DNA from: Gammaproteobacteria bacterium
GTDB lineage: Bacteria > Pseudomonadota > Gammaproteobacteria > SZUA-229
Length of the DNA: 49,531 nt
Direction: 5' to 3'
NCBI GenBank assembly: GCA_013042055.1
Contig: JABDQW010000024.1
Location: 1 to 49,531 of the forward strand
The translations under genes were made by a program, and so were the position numbers. Below the pieces are notes generated by a model that had not been told where the DNA came from, did no database searches, and saw only the letters and a list, made by a program, of their open reading frames with translations. Shown piece after piece: positions 40,384 to 48,945 of this stretch; the stretch's first letter is position 1, and the number at the start of each line of letters is the position of its first letter.

Positions 40384-41073
40384 TTAGAATAACTCGATAT
40401 CACCCGATAACGATGGTTTGCCTTCTCCAGTGCTGATAGCGACACCTTCTTTTTCCTTTCGATTTGAGCTGGTCGCTACAGAATTAAGGCCTTCTGCAGA
40501 TAAACGCTGTAATAGTGCGTAGTACAAGCTTTGCTCCTGTTCCAGCGTGTACACAGACCGCATCTTGTCATGAAGACGTTGCCATAGGGCCTGATGCTGT
40601 TTATCCTGTGCCCGCGTGACTTCAGATACCGCCTGAAGGTTTTCCTGGATATGCAGAATTCTCTGTGATAAACGGTCGTAGAACTGGAATGCAGTTACAG
40701 CTTTTTGCATATCAGTTTCCGCTTGAGCACACAAGGTCTTGATGGTGTCTGATACGACCAGCACATCCGCACGATCCGTTGCCTCCTCATCCGCAGCATA
40801 CTGACGAAGATTGTTTGTAGCTGCGTTCAATTCAGGCAGCTGCTGCTCAATCTTACTGATACTGGCCGCCATCATCGTTATCGACTCGATCAAGTCTCCA
40901 ACAGAACCGTTGGATTCCTGCAATAACAGATTGATCTGATCGATCATCAGCCCAAGAAAACTTGACAGTTCACGCATATCAGTTGCGTGTACGACAGAGC
41001 CGCTGGCACTACTTTCGGCTTCGTGATCGACTCTGGAAGCCTCACCAGGTAATTTGTTATGCTTATCCATCAA
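40384..41073 (-). CDS. hypothetical coiled-coil protein, 229 aa (speculative CheZ-like)
   Basis: Predicted mostly helical. It contains FQFYDRLSQ (D133-x3-Q137) and a C-terminal tail ending GDIELF. It lies between the STAS gene and cheR. Confidence 0.6.
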   Translation of the reverse strand: MMDKHNKLPGEASRVDHEAESSASGSVVHATDMRELSSFLGLMIDQINLLLQESNGSVGDLIESITMMAASISKIEQQLPELNAATNNLRQYAADEEATDRADVLVVSDTIKTLCAQAETDMQKAVTAFQFYDRLSQRILHIQENLQAVSEVTRAQDKQHQALWQRLHDKMRSVYTLEQEQSLYYALLQRLSAEGLNSVATSSNRKEKEGVAISTGEGKPSLSGDIELF

Positions 41074-41094
41074 TATACAGCTATAAAGTATGAG

Positions 41095-41412
41095 TCAAAC
41101 CTGGTACTCGGGCAAACCAAGATAGCTGCTCAGCCCTGTCAATGCCGCCGACTTCAATAATGCTTCAGACGGCTCATGCCACTTAACAACATTGCCGTTC
41201 TCTTGAACCTGTTTTACGCTGGCAAACAACAACTGCAACGCAGCGGTATCGATGGTGTTTATTTTTGCCGCGTACAAGTTGATGTCTACACCTCTGTCTA
41301 CACTTCTCATTAGTTTTGAGTGCAGCTTGCCAGCGCTGGCAATATCAAGGTTTTCTTCCAATGTGACCCTACTCGACTTGTTCGAACCAGCTTTGGACCG
41401 TTCTGTTGCCAC
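41095..41412 (-). CDS. STAS-domain protein (anti-sigma-factor-antagonist fold)
   Basis: 105 aa. LEENLDIASAGKLHSKL...INTIDTAALQLL...LTGL is a typical SpoIIAA/STAS pattern. GTG start with AGGAG 7 nt upstream. First gene of the operon. Confidence 0.8.
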   Translation of the reverse strand: MATERSKAGSNKSSRVTLEENLDIASAGKLHSKLMRSVDRGVDINLYAAKINTIDTAALQLLFASVKQVQENGNVVKWHEPSEALLKSAALTGLSSYLGLPEYQV

Positions 41413-41625
41413 GCATCTACTCCTGAACCTGAATCTTGCAACTAAGGAAACTCTTATTTATTCAGAGTTTCTGTGTGGCATATGGATGTGCCGCCTTTTC
41501 CAATCAAATCTTTGCTTGGAAATCAATAAGATTAGATCGCATTTTTTTGTGCTTTGATAGTTCCAGGATGGACACATCAGCGCTTCCCTGAACTAAAAGC
41601 ACACTGATGATAATCTTTCTCTGTC

Positions 41626-41795
41626 GCCTAGGAACCTGTCGGATTTAACGCTGATCTACTGCGGAAAAGCCGAATTTGGTCAGATTCTCCGATCTTTCTC
41701 GTTAAATAGCGGTGCTATTCGCCTTAAAAGACCGAAAAATCTGCCTCAAATCGGCTTTACCTCGCTACGATCGGTCAAGTCCGACAGGCTCCTAG
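41626..41795. repeat. 170-nt imperfect foldback (long inverted repeat)
   Basis: The ends CCTAGGAACCTGTCGGA and TCCGACAGGCTCCTAGG pair at 16 of 17 positions. The arms stay about 75 percent complementary for roughly 75 nt each, interrupted by a mismatched block of about 14 nt. The apex is near 41700-41722. Confidence 0.85.
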
Positions 41796-41816
41796 GGCGA
41801 TTTATATCGCCCTTTT
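41794..41816 (+). terminator. plus-strand intrinsic terminator
   Basis: GGGCGAT-TTAT-ATCGCCC followed by TTTTT. No plus-strand CDS lies upstream of it. Confidence 0.65.
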
Positions 41817-41889
41817 TCATTCTGACAATCTGAAACTGATTAGGCATAGTTTGTTAAGCTATGGCCCACCACAGCTGAAGGATAGTACT

Positions 41890-43047
41890 ATGAGTGAATA
41901 CTTACCCGGCCTGGCCGGTGTTCCTGCAACCAAGTCAAATATATCATCCATCGATGGGGAGAAGGGCATCCTCGCCTACCGGGGTTATGATATTCAGGAG
42001 CTTGCCGAAAAGAGTACCTTCGAAGAGACGGCGATGCTGCTGCTCGATGGTGAACTACCCACCAAGGCCAGACTCGACGACTTCGATCAGCAGCTGCGCG
42101 GTGAGCGCAAGATCAAGTACCATATCCGCGAAATCATGCGCAATCTACCTGCCACCGGCCATCCGATGGAGATGTTGCAAACAGCCATCGCTAGTCTCGG
42201 GATGTTCTATGGTGATCAAGGTGTGCTCACTGAAAGCTACGGCAGCGAAGATGTCTATTACGTGCATTGCATGTCGGTAAAAATCATCGCGCGCATGGCG
42301 ACTATCGTGGCCGCCTGGGAGCACGTCCGTAATGGTTATGATCCGATAGAGCCGCGCCACGATTTGAACCACGCGGAAAACTTTATGTTCATGCTGACCG
42401 GCGTCGAGCCGGATCCGCTGAGCGTGCGCATCATGGATGCCTGTCTGATTATGCACGCCGAGCACACCATCAATGCGTCCACCTTCGCCGCGATGGTCTG
42501 CGGCTCGACCTTGGCGGGGCCGTTCCCGGTGATTGCCGCAGCTATTGGCACGCTCGCCGGACCGCTGCACGGCGGTGCCAATCAACGTGTGGTCGAAATG
42601 CTCGATGAAATCGGACGCCCGGAAAACGTTAAGGACTGGCTCGATATGAAGCTTGAAGAGAAAGAAGTGATCTGGGGTATGGGACATCGCGAGTACAAGA
42701 CCAAGGATCCGCGCGCGATCATCCTGCAGCGTATGGTACTGGAGTGGGCCGAGAGAAAAGGCAACCTTACTCCGATGTTCGAGACGGCGTTGGCCCTGGA
42801 AGAGGCCTGTGAATCCGTGCTCGGTCCCAAAGGTGTGTATCCGAATGTGGACTATTATTCCGGTATTCTCTACTCGGAAATGGGTATTCCGATCGACCAG
42901 TTCACGCCAATATTCGCGGTCTCGCGTATCGCTGGCTGGATGGCACACTGGCGAGAGCAATTGTCCGACAACCGTATTTTCCGGCCCACCCAGATTTACA
43001 CGGGCCTTCCATCGCGTGATTATGTGCCGATCGATCAGCGTGACTAG
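41890..43047 (+). CDS. citrate synthase / 2-methylcitrate synthase family, short (about 385 aa) type
   Basis: I place the start at MSEYLPGLAGVPA (SD GAAGGA 9 nt upstream). Catalytic-region motifs GPLHGGAN, GMGHREYKTKDPRA and NVDYYSG. Confidence 0.9.
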   Translation: MSEYLPGLAGVPATKSNISSIDGEKGILAYRGYDIQELAEKSTFEETAMLLLDGELPTKARLDDFDQQLRGERKIKYHIREIMRNLPATGHPMEMLQTAIASLGMFYGDQGVLTESYGSEDVYYVHCMSVKIIARMATIVAAWEHVRNGYDPIEPRHDLNHAENFMFMLTGVEPDPLSVRIMDACLIMHAEHTINASTFAAMVCGSTLAGPFPVIAAAIGTLAGPLHGGANQRVVEMLDEIGRPENVKDWLDMKLEEKEVIWGMGHREYKTKDPRAIILQRMVLEWAERKGNLTPMFETALALEEACESVLGPKGVYPNVDYYSGILYSEMGIPIDQFTPIFAVSRIAGWMAHWREQLSDNRIFRPTQIYTGLPSRDYVPIDQRD

Positions 43048-43127
43048 CCCGCATTTCTCACCAGGCGGCGCTTACGAACCCGAACCCTGCGCCTGCTCCC
43101 GTGATCCTGGTGAGAAATGCGGGCTAG
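43044..43127. repeat. inverted pair of REP family A units
   Basis: CTAGCCCGCATTTCTCACCAGG (43044-43065) and CCTGGTGAGAAATGCGGGCTAG (43106-43127) form a perfect 22-bp inverted repeat with a 40-nt spacer. The citrate synthase TAG stop (43045-43047) lies inside the left unit. Confidence 0.9.
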
Positions 43128-43208
43128 ATGTCTTGAACTGCCGACGTAGCTTAAGCTTGGTGGATCACGGCGTAGCAATGCCCTCATAAGCAGGCATGCA
43201 TGCTCAGC

Positions 43209-43547
43209 TCAATATTCGCTCTTTAGATAGTGGGGCTCTTGTTGGACTTGAGACACCATGTAATCGACGGTGGTCTTAATCATTTCATCGGATAAGTCTC
43301 TACGCAGGTCTTTCACGTAGATTTTACATTTTCCGCTATGCATTGACGCATAAAGACTGTCCATGCCCCGGGCAATACGGGATTCCCATTCAGCTTTGTC
43401 TTCAAGCTTGGGCGCGCCCGCGGCTGCGGTTTCATGACAAGAAGAGCATACCTGTCTGTAAGTTGTTGCGCCGTCTTGTGCTTGTGCGTTTGCGGAGGCA
43501 AGTACGATCAGCGCAGTAGAATTCAGTAATACATTTAGTTTCTTCAT
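43209..43547 (-). CDS. cytochrome c5-type monohaem c-type cytochrome
   Basis: 112 aa with a signal peptide (ALIVLASANAQA), the haem motif CSSCHE, and a second Cys pair context typical of cytochrome c5. Confidence 0.85.
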   Translation of the reverse strand: MKKLNVLLNSTALIVLASANAQAQDGATTYRQVCSSCHETAAAGAPKLEDKAEWESRIARGMDSLYASMHSGKCKIYVKDLRRDLSDEMIKTTVDYMVSQVQQEPHYLKSEY

Positions 43548-44211
43548 TCATTTATTTCCTAGCCGCGAGCAATCTTCGGCTGTTAATGAACCTGATGTTT
43601 AGATTCTGTCAAAATTCATCTCCTAGGTAAACGATTATTTTTATCCGGAAATATCCATACAAAAGAGCGGATTTAGCAAACCTGTATAGTCAAGATATTA
43701 CCATTGTGGTCACACAATAAATCCGCCTCAGGATCCAATGGTGCTTACTTACGCATAGTAATGTTTCTACCCTCCTCGCGAGGGACGAAGCGATCTTTTG
43801 TCAGGTGGCGCAAGGGTACAAAAAATCGCCGCGCTTCCACTCGCGATGATGTGGTTTTGTTATTATTGGCGGTTAAGTAAGTGCCATTCACCTCAGGATT
43901 GGAATTGTTTGTAGCTATGCCAATTGTAACGATGAATAAGCCAGGTTGTGTAAACAAAGGTATACTTAACGCATTTCGCAGTTTGGTGGTAAACCTAAGT
44001 ATTACAAACTGAAACAATCACAAAATCCATTGATGACTAACCACTAATTGACAAGGCGAACAATGCACTTCGTTCGACGTCCGCCTTCGTATCACATCCG
44101 GGTTAATGTGTTAAAAAAAAACCGAGTGGTGAATAAGCCAGCGTGCAACGCGTAGTCTCGTCAGCGTTTCTGGCGCTTTTAAGTATGCTAACCATACTCG
44201 CTGTTTGCGAC

Positions 44212-45390
44212 TCAGGCTTTCCTCAAACCGTACTCGCGCAGGTACTGAGAAAAGTCTTCCAGTACGCGTATACCTGTCTGTTCTGCTTCCGTGCACCAGG
44301 CTTGCAGGCGCTGGACGCGATTGGCTTGACTATTCGAGGTATGCGTCCAGATTTTCCGCAATTGTTGCTTGAAGCGGTATACCGTTGCCAGTGAGCGATA
44401 CTGTTGTATTACTTTGTTGATCGTTTCCTGGGCGCTAACGCCAGGCTGAATATCCTCGCGGATCATCAGTTTTCGTGATCGTTGTAGCAATTTCTGTCCC
44501 ATACGGTCGGCTTTTTGTTGCGCATCGTGTATGACGGGTTTAATCACCTTATTGCCGTAAAGCTTCATAATGTGGAATCGGTTGCTCACGACAGCGCGTA
44601 CAGTATCGATATCGACAATCTGTTTTCCGTTTGTGCAGCGTAGTTTAGGTGCTACGCGCTTGATTCTGGCCAGCCTGACCGTTTCCATCAGCCGAATGTA
44701 CATCCATCCGATATCGAACTCCCACCATTTATTCGATAGCTTGGCAGATGAAGGATACGCATGATGGTTATTGTGCAGCTCTTCACCACCGATCAGAATA
44801 CCCCAGGGAAGGATATTGGTAGAGGCGTCAACGGTTTCGAAGTTGCGGTAACCGGCGTGATGTCCAATACCGTTAATAACGCCGGCGGCCCAGAATGGAA
44901 TCCAGGCCATCTGCACGGCAAAGATGATAATGCCGGCCGCTCCAAACATCAGCATATCGATCAGGGCCATCAATGTCACGCCCAGAATCGGCAATCGGCT
45001 GTATACATGACGTTCGACCCAGTCATCCGGTGTGCCATGACCATATTTTTCCAGTGTTTCCTTATTCAGTGTTTCTGTTCGATATAACCACGCGCCCTTG
45101 AATAATACAGTGGCTGGTCCTTTATAGCGTGGGCTGTGCGGATCATCCACGGTTTCGCATTTAGCATGGTGTTTACGGTGTACTGCTACCCATTCTCGGG
45201 TGACCATGCCTGTCGTTAACCATAACCAGAAACGGAAGAAATGACTTACACCGGGATGCAATTCAAGTGCATGATGTGACTGTTGGCGATGTAAGAAAAT
45301 AGTGACAGCAACAATTGTTATATGCGTCAGCAGTAAGGTAATACCAATATAACCCAAAGTGGAAAAGCCCAATAAACCTTCAAATAACAT
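44212..45390 (-). CDS. membrane fatty-acid desaturase (delta-9 type, DesA-like)
   Basis: 392 aa. His boxes HRQQSHH, HRKHHAKCE and HNNHHAYPSSA. It has about 120 residues of C-terminal soluble extension. Confidence 0.88.
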   Translation of the reverse strand: MLFEGLLGFSTLGYIGITLLLTHITIVAVTIFLHRQQSHHALELHPGVSHFFRFWLWLTTGMVTREWVAVHRKHHAKCETVDDPHSPRYKGPATVLFKGAWLYRTETLNKETLEKYGHGTPDDWVERHVYSRLPILGVTLMALIDMLMFGAAGIIIFAVQMAWIPFWAAGVINGIGHHAGYRNFETVDASTNILPWGILIGGEELHNNHHAYPSSAKLSNKWWEFDIGWMYIRLMETVRLARIKRVAPKLRCTNGKQIVDIDTVRAVVSNRFHIMKLYGNKVIKPVIHDAQQKADRMGQKLLQRSRKLMIREDIQPGVSAQETINKVIQQYRSLATVYRFKQQLRKIWTHTSNSQANRVQRLQAWCTEAEQTGIRVLEDFSQYLREYGLRKA

Positions 45391-45692
45391 CTAAATCTCT
45401 TTCTTGATAATGATGTGCAGTCGGAGTGGACAAGCAGCAAACAAGCTGTCCAGCCCTTTGTTACACTGGTTCATCTTATTGCAGATTATTCGGGCTAACT
45501 TAGAGGAGAATACCGCTAGGAATACTGCTTAAACTAACTTAATAATACACAAACGATACATATTTTTGCTGTAAACACGCAGCTGACATATGGCGCCGTA
45601 GTATTTATAAACAGGTTTGTCCATTACCGACGGCTTAGAACGCTTAGAGCATGTTTATTCAGAAAAGTTTCGTTTATAAGAAAGATATTAGT

Positions 45693-45729
45693 AAAAAAAG
45701 CCGGTGACAATGCTTCTCATTTGTCACCG
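45693..45729 (-). terminator. intrinsic terminator after ilvD
   Basis: The minus-strand RNA reads CGGUGACAA-(10-nt loop)-UUGUCACCG followed by GCUUUUUUU, about 30 nt after the ilvD stop. Confidence 0.8.
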
Positions 45730-45760
45730 ACCCATGAAATACTTCCGTGCAATATGCAGG

Positions 45761-47602
45761 TTAGCTATTGTCGAGGATATCCAGGTTGCGTACGGCGCCC
45801 TTATCGGCGCTCGAGGCCAACATGGCATAAGCTTTCAATGCGGCCGAAACTTTCCGAGGTCTGGTCTGTTTGGGCTTCCAGCCTGTTGCATCTTGCTTTT
45901 GTCGCCGAGATTCCATTTCCGGATCATCGATCAACACATTAATCGTACGCTGAGGAATATCTATTTTGATCCGGTCGCCATTCCTGACCAGGCCGATTTC
46001 GCCTCCCGACGCAGCCTCGGGTGAGGTGTGACCAATGGATAAACCTGAACTGCCGCCTGAGAAGCGCCCATCGGTTAACAGTGCGCAGGATTTTCCAAGT
46101 CCCTTCGATTTCAAATACGATGTCGGATAGAGCATTTCTTGCATGCCGGGACCGCCTTTAGGGCCTTCATAGCGCACGATCAACACAGAGCCGGGTTTAA
46201 CACGATCATTCAGGATATCGTCGACCGCCTGTTCTTGGGATTCGGTGACGTGAGCGCTGCCTTCGAAGACCAATATGGATTCATCGACACCAGCCGTTTT
46301 AACGACACAACCGTCTCTGGCGAGATTGCCATGGAGCACAGCAAGTCCACCCTCGGTGCTGAAAGCATTTTCGAGCGACCGAATACAGCCTCCGGCACGG
46401 TCAGTATCCAGAGACGGCCAACGCGTGGCTTGACTGAACGCGGTTTGCGTGGGAATACCTGCGGGTCCGGCTTTATAAAACTCTGCAATATTGGCGTCAT
46501 CGTTTAGCGTGATATCCCAGGTGTTGAGGGCGTCTTTCAAAGTCGCGCTGTGGATCGTGGGCACCGATGTATCGAGCAGCTGGGCTCGATCCAGTTCCCC
46601 CAGTATGCCGAAGATACCGCCAGCACGGTGCACATCTTCAATATGGTATTTCTGGGTATTGGGCGCCACTTTGCACAGTTGAGGCACGCGACGGCTGAGC
46701 GTATCGATATCCTTCATGGTGAAATCAACACCGGCTTCGAGCGCGATCGCGAGCAGGTGGAGAATTGTATTGGTGGAGCCGCCCATGGCGATATCCAATG
46801 ACATCGCATTGGTGAAGGCTGCCTTTGACCCTATCGATCGTGGCAATACCGACGCATCGTTATCTTCATAGTGGCGTCTGGTGAGCTCAACGATGAGTGA
46901 GCCAGCCCGCTCAAACAGCTTACGGCGGTCTGCGTGCGTCGCCAGGGTGGTTCCGTTGCCGGGCAAGCTCAGTCCCAGCGCTTCGCTGAGGCAGTTCATG
47001 GAATTGGCGGTAAACATCCCCGAACAGGAACCACAGGTAGGGCAGGCGCTGCGCTCGTACTCAGCGACGACGTCGTCTGAAGCGGCGTCATCTACCGCAA
47101 TGACCATGGCATCAACCAGGTCCAGACCGTGGTCGGCGAGCCGGGTTTTGCCCGCCTCCATAGGCCCACCGGTCACGAATACCACGGGTATATTGATGCG
47201 CATGGCTGCCATTAACATACCGGGCGTGATCTTGTCGCAGTTCGAGATGCACACCATAGCATCGGCGCAATGCGCATTGACCATGTATTCAACCGAATCG
47301 GCGATCAGGTCGCGGCTAGGCAGGCTGTAGAGCATACCATCGTGGCCCATGGCGATACCGTCATCAACAGCGATTGTATTAAATTCCTTTGCGACTCCAC
47401 CGGCCTTTTCAATCTCGGCAGCTACAAGCTGACCCATATCTTTCAGGTGAACATGCCCCGGGACAAACTGTGTAAATGAATTGACGACAGCGATAATGGG
47501 TTTTTCGAAATCTTCATCCTTCATCCCAGTTGCTCGCCAAAGCGAGCGGGCGCCGGCCATATTGCGACCTGCCGTTGTCGTTCTGGATCGATACTTGGGC
47601 AT
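45761..47602 (-). CDS. ilvD: dihydroxy-acid dehydratase
   Basis: 613 aa. N-terminus [26 protein letters not shown], plus the CDKITPGM and Fe-S cluster Cys contexts. Confidence 0.97.
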   Translation of the reverse strand: MPKYRSRTTTAGRNMAGARSLWRATGMKDEDFEKPIIAVVNSFTQFVPGHVHLKDMGQLVAAEIEKAGGVAKEFNTIAVDDGIAMGHDGMLYSLPSRDLIADSVEYMVNAHCADAMVCISNCDKITPGMLMAAMRINIPVVFVTGGPMEAGKTRLADHGLDLVDAMVIAVDDAASDDVVAEYERSACPTCGSCSGMFTANSMNCLSEALGLSLPGNGTTLATHADRRKLFERAGSLIVELTRRHYEDNDASVLPRSIGSKAAFTNAMSLDIAMGGSTNTILHLLAIALEAGVDFTMKDIDTLSRRVPQLCKVAPNTQKYHIEDVHRAGGIFGILGELDRAQLLDTSVPTIHSATLKDALNTWDITLNDDANIAEFYKAGPAGIPTQTAFSQATRWPSLDTDRAGGCIRSLENAFSTEGGLAVLHGNLARDGCVVKTAGVDESILVFEGSAHVTESQEQAVDDILNDRVKPGSVLIVRYEGPKGGPGMQEMLYPTSYLKSKGLGKSCALLTDGRFSGGSSGLSIGHTSPEAASGGEIGLVRNGDRIKIDIPQRTINVLIDDPEMESRRQKQDATGWKPKQTRPRKVSAALKAYAMLASSADKGAVRNLDILDNS

Positions 47603-47729
47603 CTTCCTGTCCTAAAATGTTGATAAGGGCGGTAAGAATAGCAGATTTTGCGGTTTCAAGTCTCAGCCGAGTTCTGACCCCCTTACGGTGAGCTTTTCGC
47701 CTAAAACCAATCCCTTACCAGTACACTAC

Positions 47730-47754
47730 GCCGCCTGGTGAGACATGCGGGCTA
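47730..47754 (+). repeat. REP family A copy (one mismatch: GAGACATG)
   Basis: GCCGCCTGGTGAGACATGCGGGCTA in the divergent ilvD / VOC-gene spacer. Confidence 0.85.
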
Positions 47755-48013
47755 TCATCATTCCAGCTAAAAAACATGCCGAAAAGACGTTTGTTTAGGG
47801 AATACGAATATTGGGGATCAAAGTTGAAATAATATAGACAATGCAAATGTTGCATTGGACTAAGATGTTTTTTATTCTGATTCCATTGACTTACGTCATA
47901 TCTGCGCAGGAGCGTAACCTCTGCATGTTGTTAGGGGTGAGGCAAGCAGCGTCTAACATAACCGGGAATGAACGTCTGTGACGCATGCTATATCAGTCGT
48001 CGGTGGTTTATCA

Positions 48014-48925
48014 ATGAAAACAAAATCTGAATCTATCAGCATCACGAAAGTAAATTTAGGGATATGTCATACCCGGACGGTATTAAACAGTGCATTATTG
48101 GTATCAGCAGTTTTTACGTTCATGATCCTGTCGGGTTGTGGAACGTTTCAACTGGCTCGACTGCCGCCAGTACCCTCGGGTCCAGACGCTAAGCTCAATG
48201 TCGGCAAGATCGTCTGGATCGATTTGCTCACCGAGGATACGGGGGCGGCATCTGTGTTCTATGAAGCGCTGTTCGGCTGGCATACAGCACCCTCAAAAGG
48301 CGACGAGACCTACTATGTTTTTTCACTCGATGATAATCCCCTCGCTGGTATGAGCGCAGCCGATAACACCGACAGCGAGGTTCCGGAATCCCGGTGGCTG
48401 CTTTCTTTGTCAGTCGACGACGTCGACCAGTCAGTTGCGGTAGTGAAGGAACATGGCGGCAAACTGCTGGAGGGCCCGGTCGATGATGCCGGTAGAGGGC
48501 GCATGGCACTGGTTAGCGATCCGGGTGGTGCGCCTTTGATTCTGCTACGCGCGGCCGGCGGCGATCCGGCGGATGAAAAGGCGGCGATCAATACCTGGTT
48601 CTGGGCGGATCTTTTCACCCGTGATGCAAAAGCCGCAGAAGCTTTTTACCAAACGCTGGTCGGTTACCAGAAAAAACAGCTCGAGGCGGGTAAAGACCAT
48701 CGCTACCTGGTGTTCGAGCAGAACAGCAAAGCGCGGGCGGGTATCGTGGAGCTGAAGTGGGATGACCTGAAAGACAACTGGATGCCTTATGTCATGGTTG
48801 ATGATATCAAGTCCACGATCAACACGGCACGCGAACTTGGCGGTAATCTGATCCTGGAGAAAGGTGATGCGGCCGTTCTGGTGGATCCTACCGGCGCCGT
48901 CTTCGGCATTCAGGCGCATCGCTAG
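48014..48925 (+). CDS. lipoprotein with two VOC (glyoxalase/bleomycin-resistance) domains
   Basis: I prefer the start at MKTKSES. Lipobox ILSGC. Two repeats of the VOC pattern: VWIDLLTEDTGAASVFYEALFGW and WFWADLFTRDAKAAEAFYQTLVGY. Confidence 0.8.
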   Translation: MKTKSESISITKVNLGICHTRTVLNSALLVSAVFTFMILSGCGTFQLARLPPVPSGPDAKLNVGKIVWIDLLTEDTGAASVFYEALFGWHTAPSKGDETYYVFSLDDNPLAGMSAADNTDSEVPESRWLLSLSVDDVDQSVAVVKEHGGKLLEGPVDDAGRGRMALVSDPGGAPLILLRAAGGDPADEKAAINTWFWADLFTRDAKAAEAFYQTLVGYQKKQLEAGKDHRYLVFEQNSKARAGIVELKWDDLKDNWMPYVMVDDIKSTINTARELGGNLILEKGDAAVLVDPTGAVFGIQAHR

Positions 48926-48945
48926 CGCTAGCGGAGGTATTCGTT

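Noticed and set aside
41476-41493. Sigma-54-like CGGCAC-ATCCA-TATGC on the minus strand upstream of the STAS gene.
   Set aside because: The GG to GC spacing is 11 rather than 10, and both elements deviate from consensus. I could not identify any convincing promoter for the che-like operon by eye.
42145-42960. 271-aa ORF antisense to the citrate synthase gene, together with nested ORFs at 42336-42581 and 42582-42830.
   Set aside because: It mirrors a well-supported conserved gene. Its translation is Arg/His/Gly-rich with no recognisable motifs, which is the typical shadow ORF of GC-biased third codon positions.
43745-44017. 90-aa minus-strand ORF in the spacer between the cytochrome c5 and desaturase genes.
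   Set aside because: No SD, odd composition (Asn/Thr/Phe runs), and no recognisable motif. It is probably non-coding.
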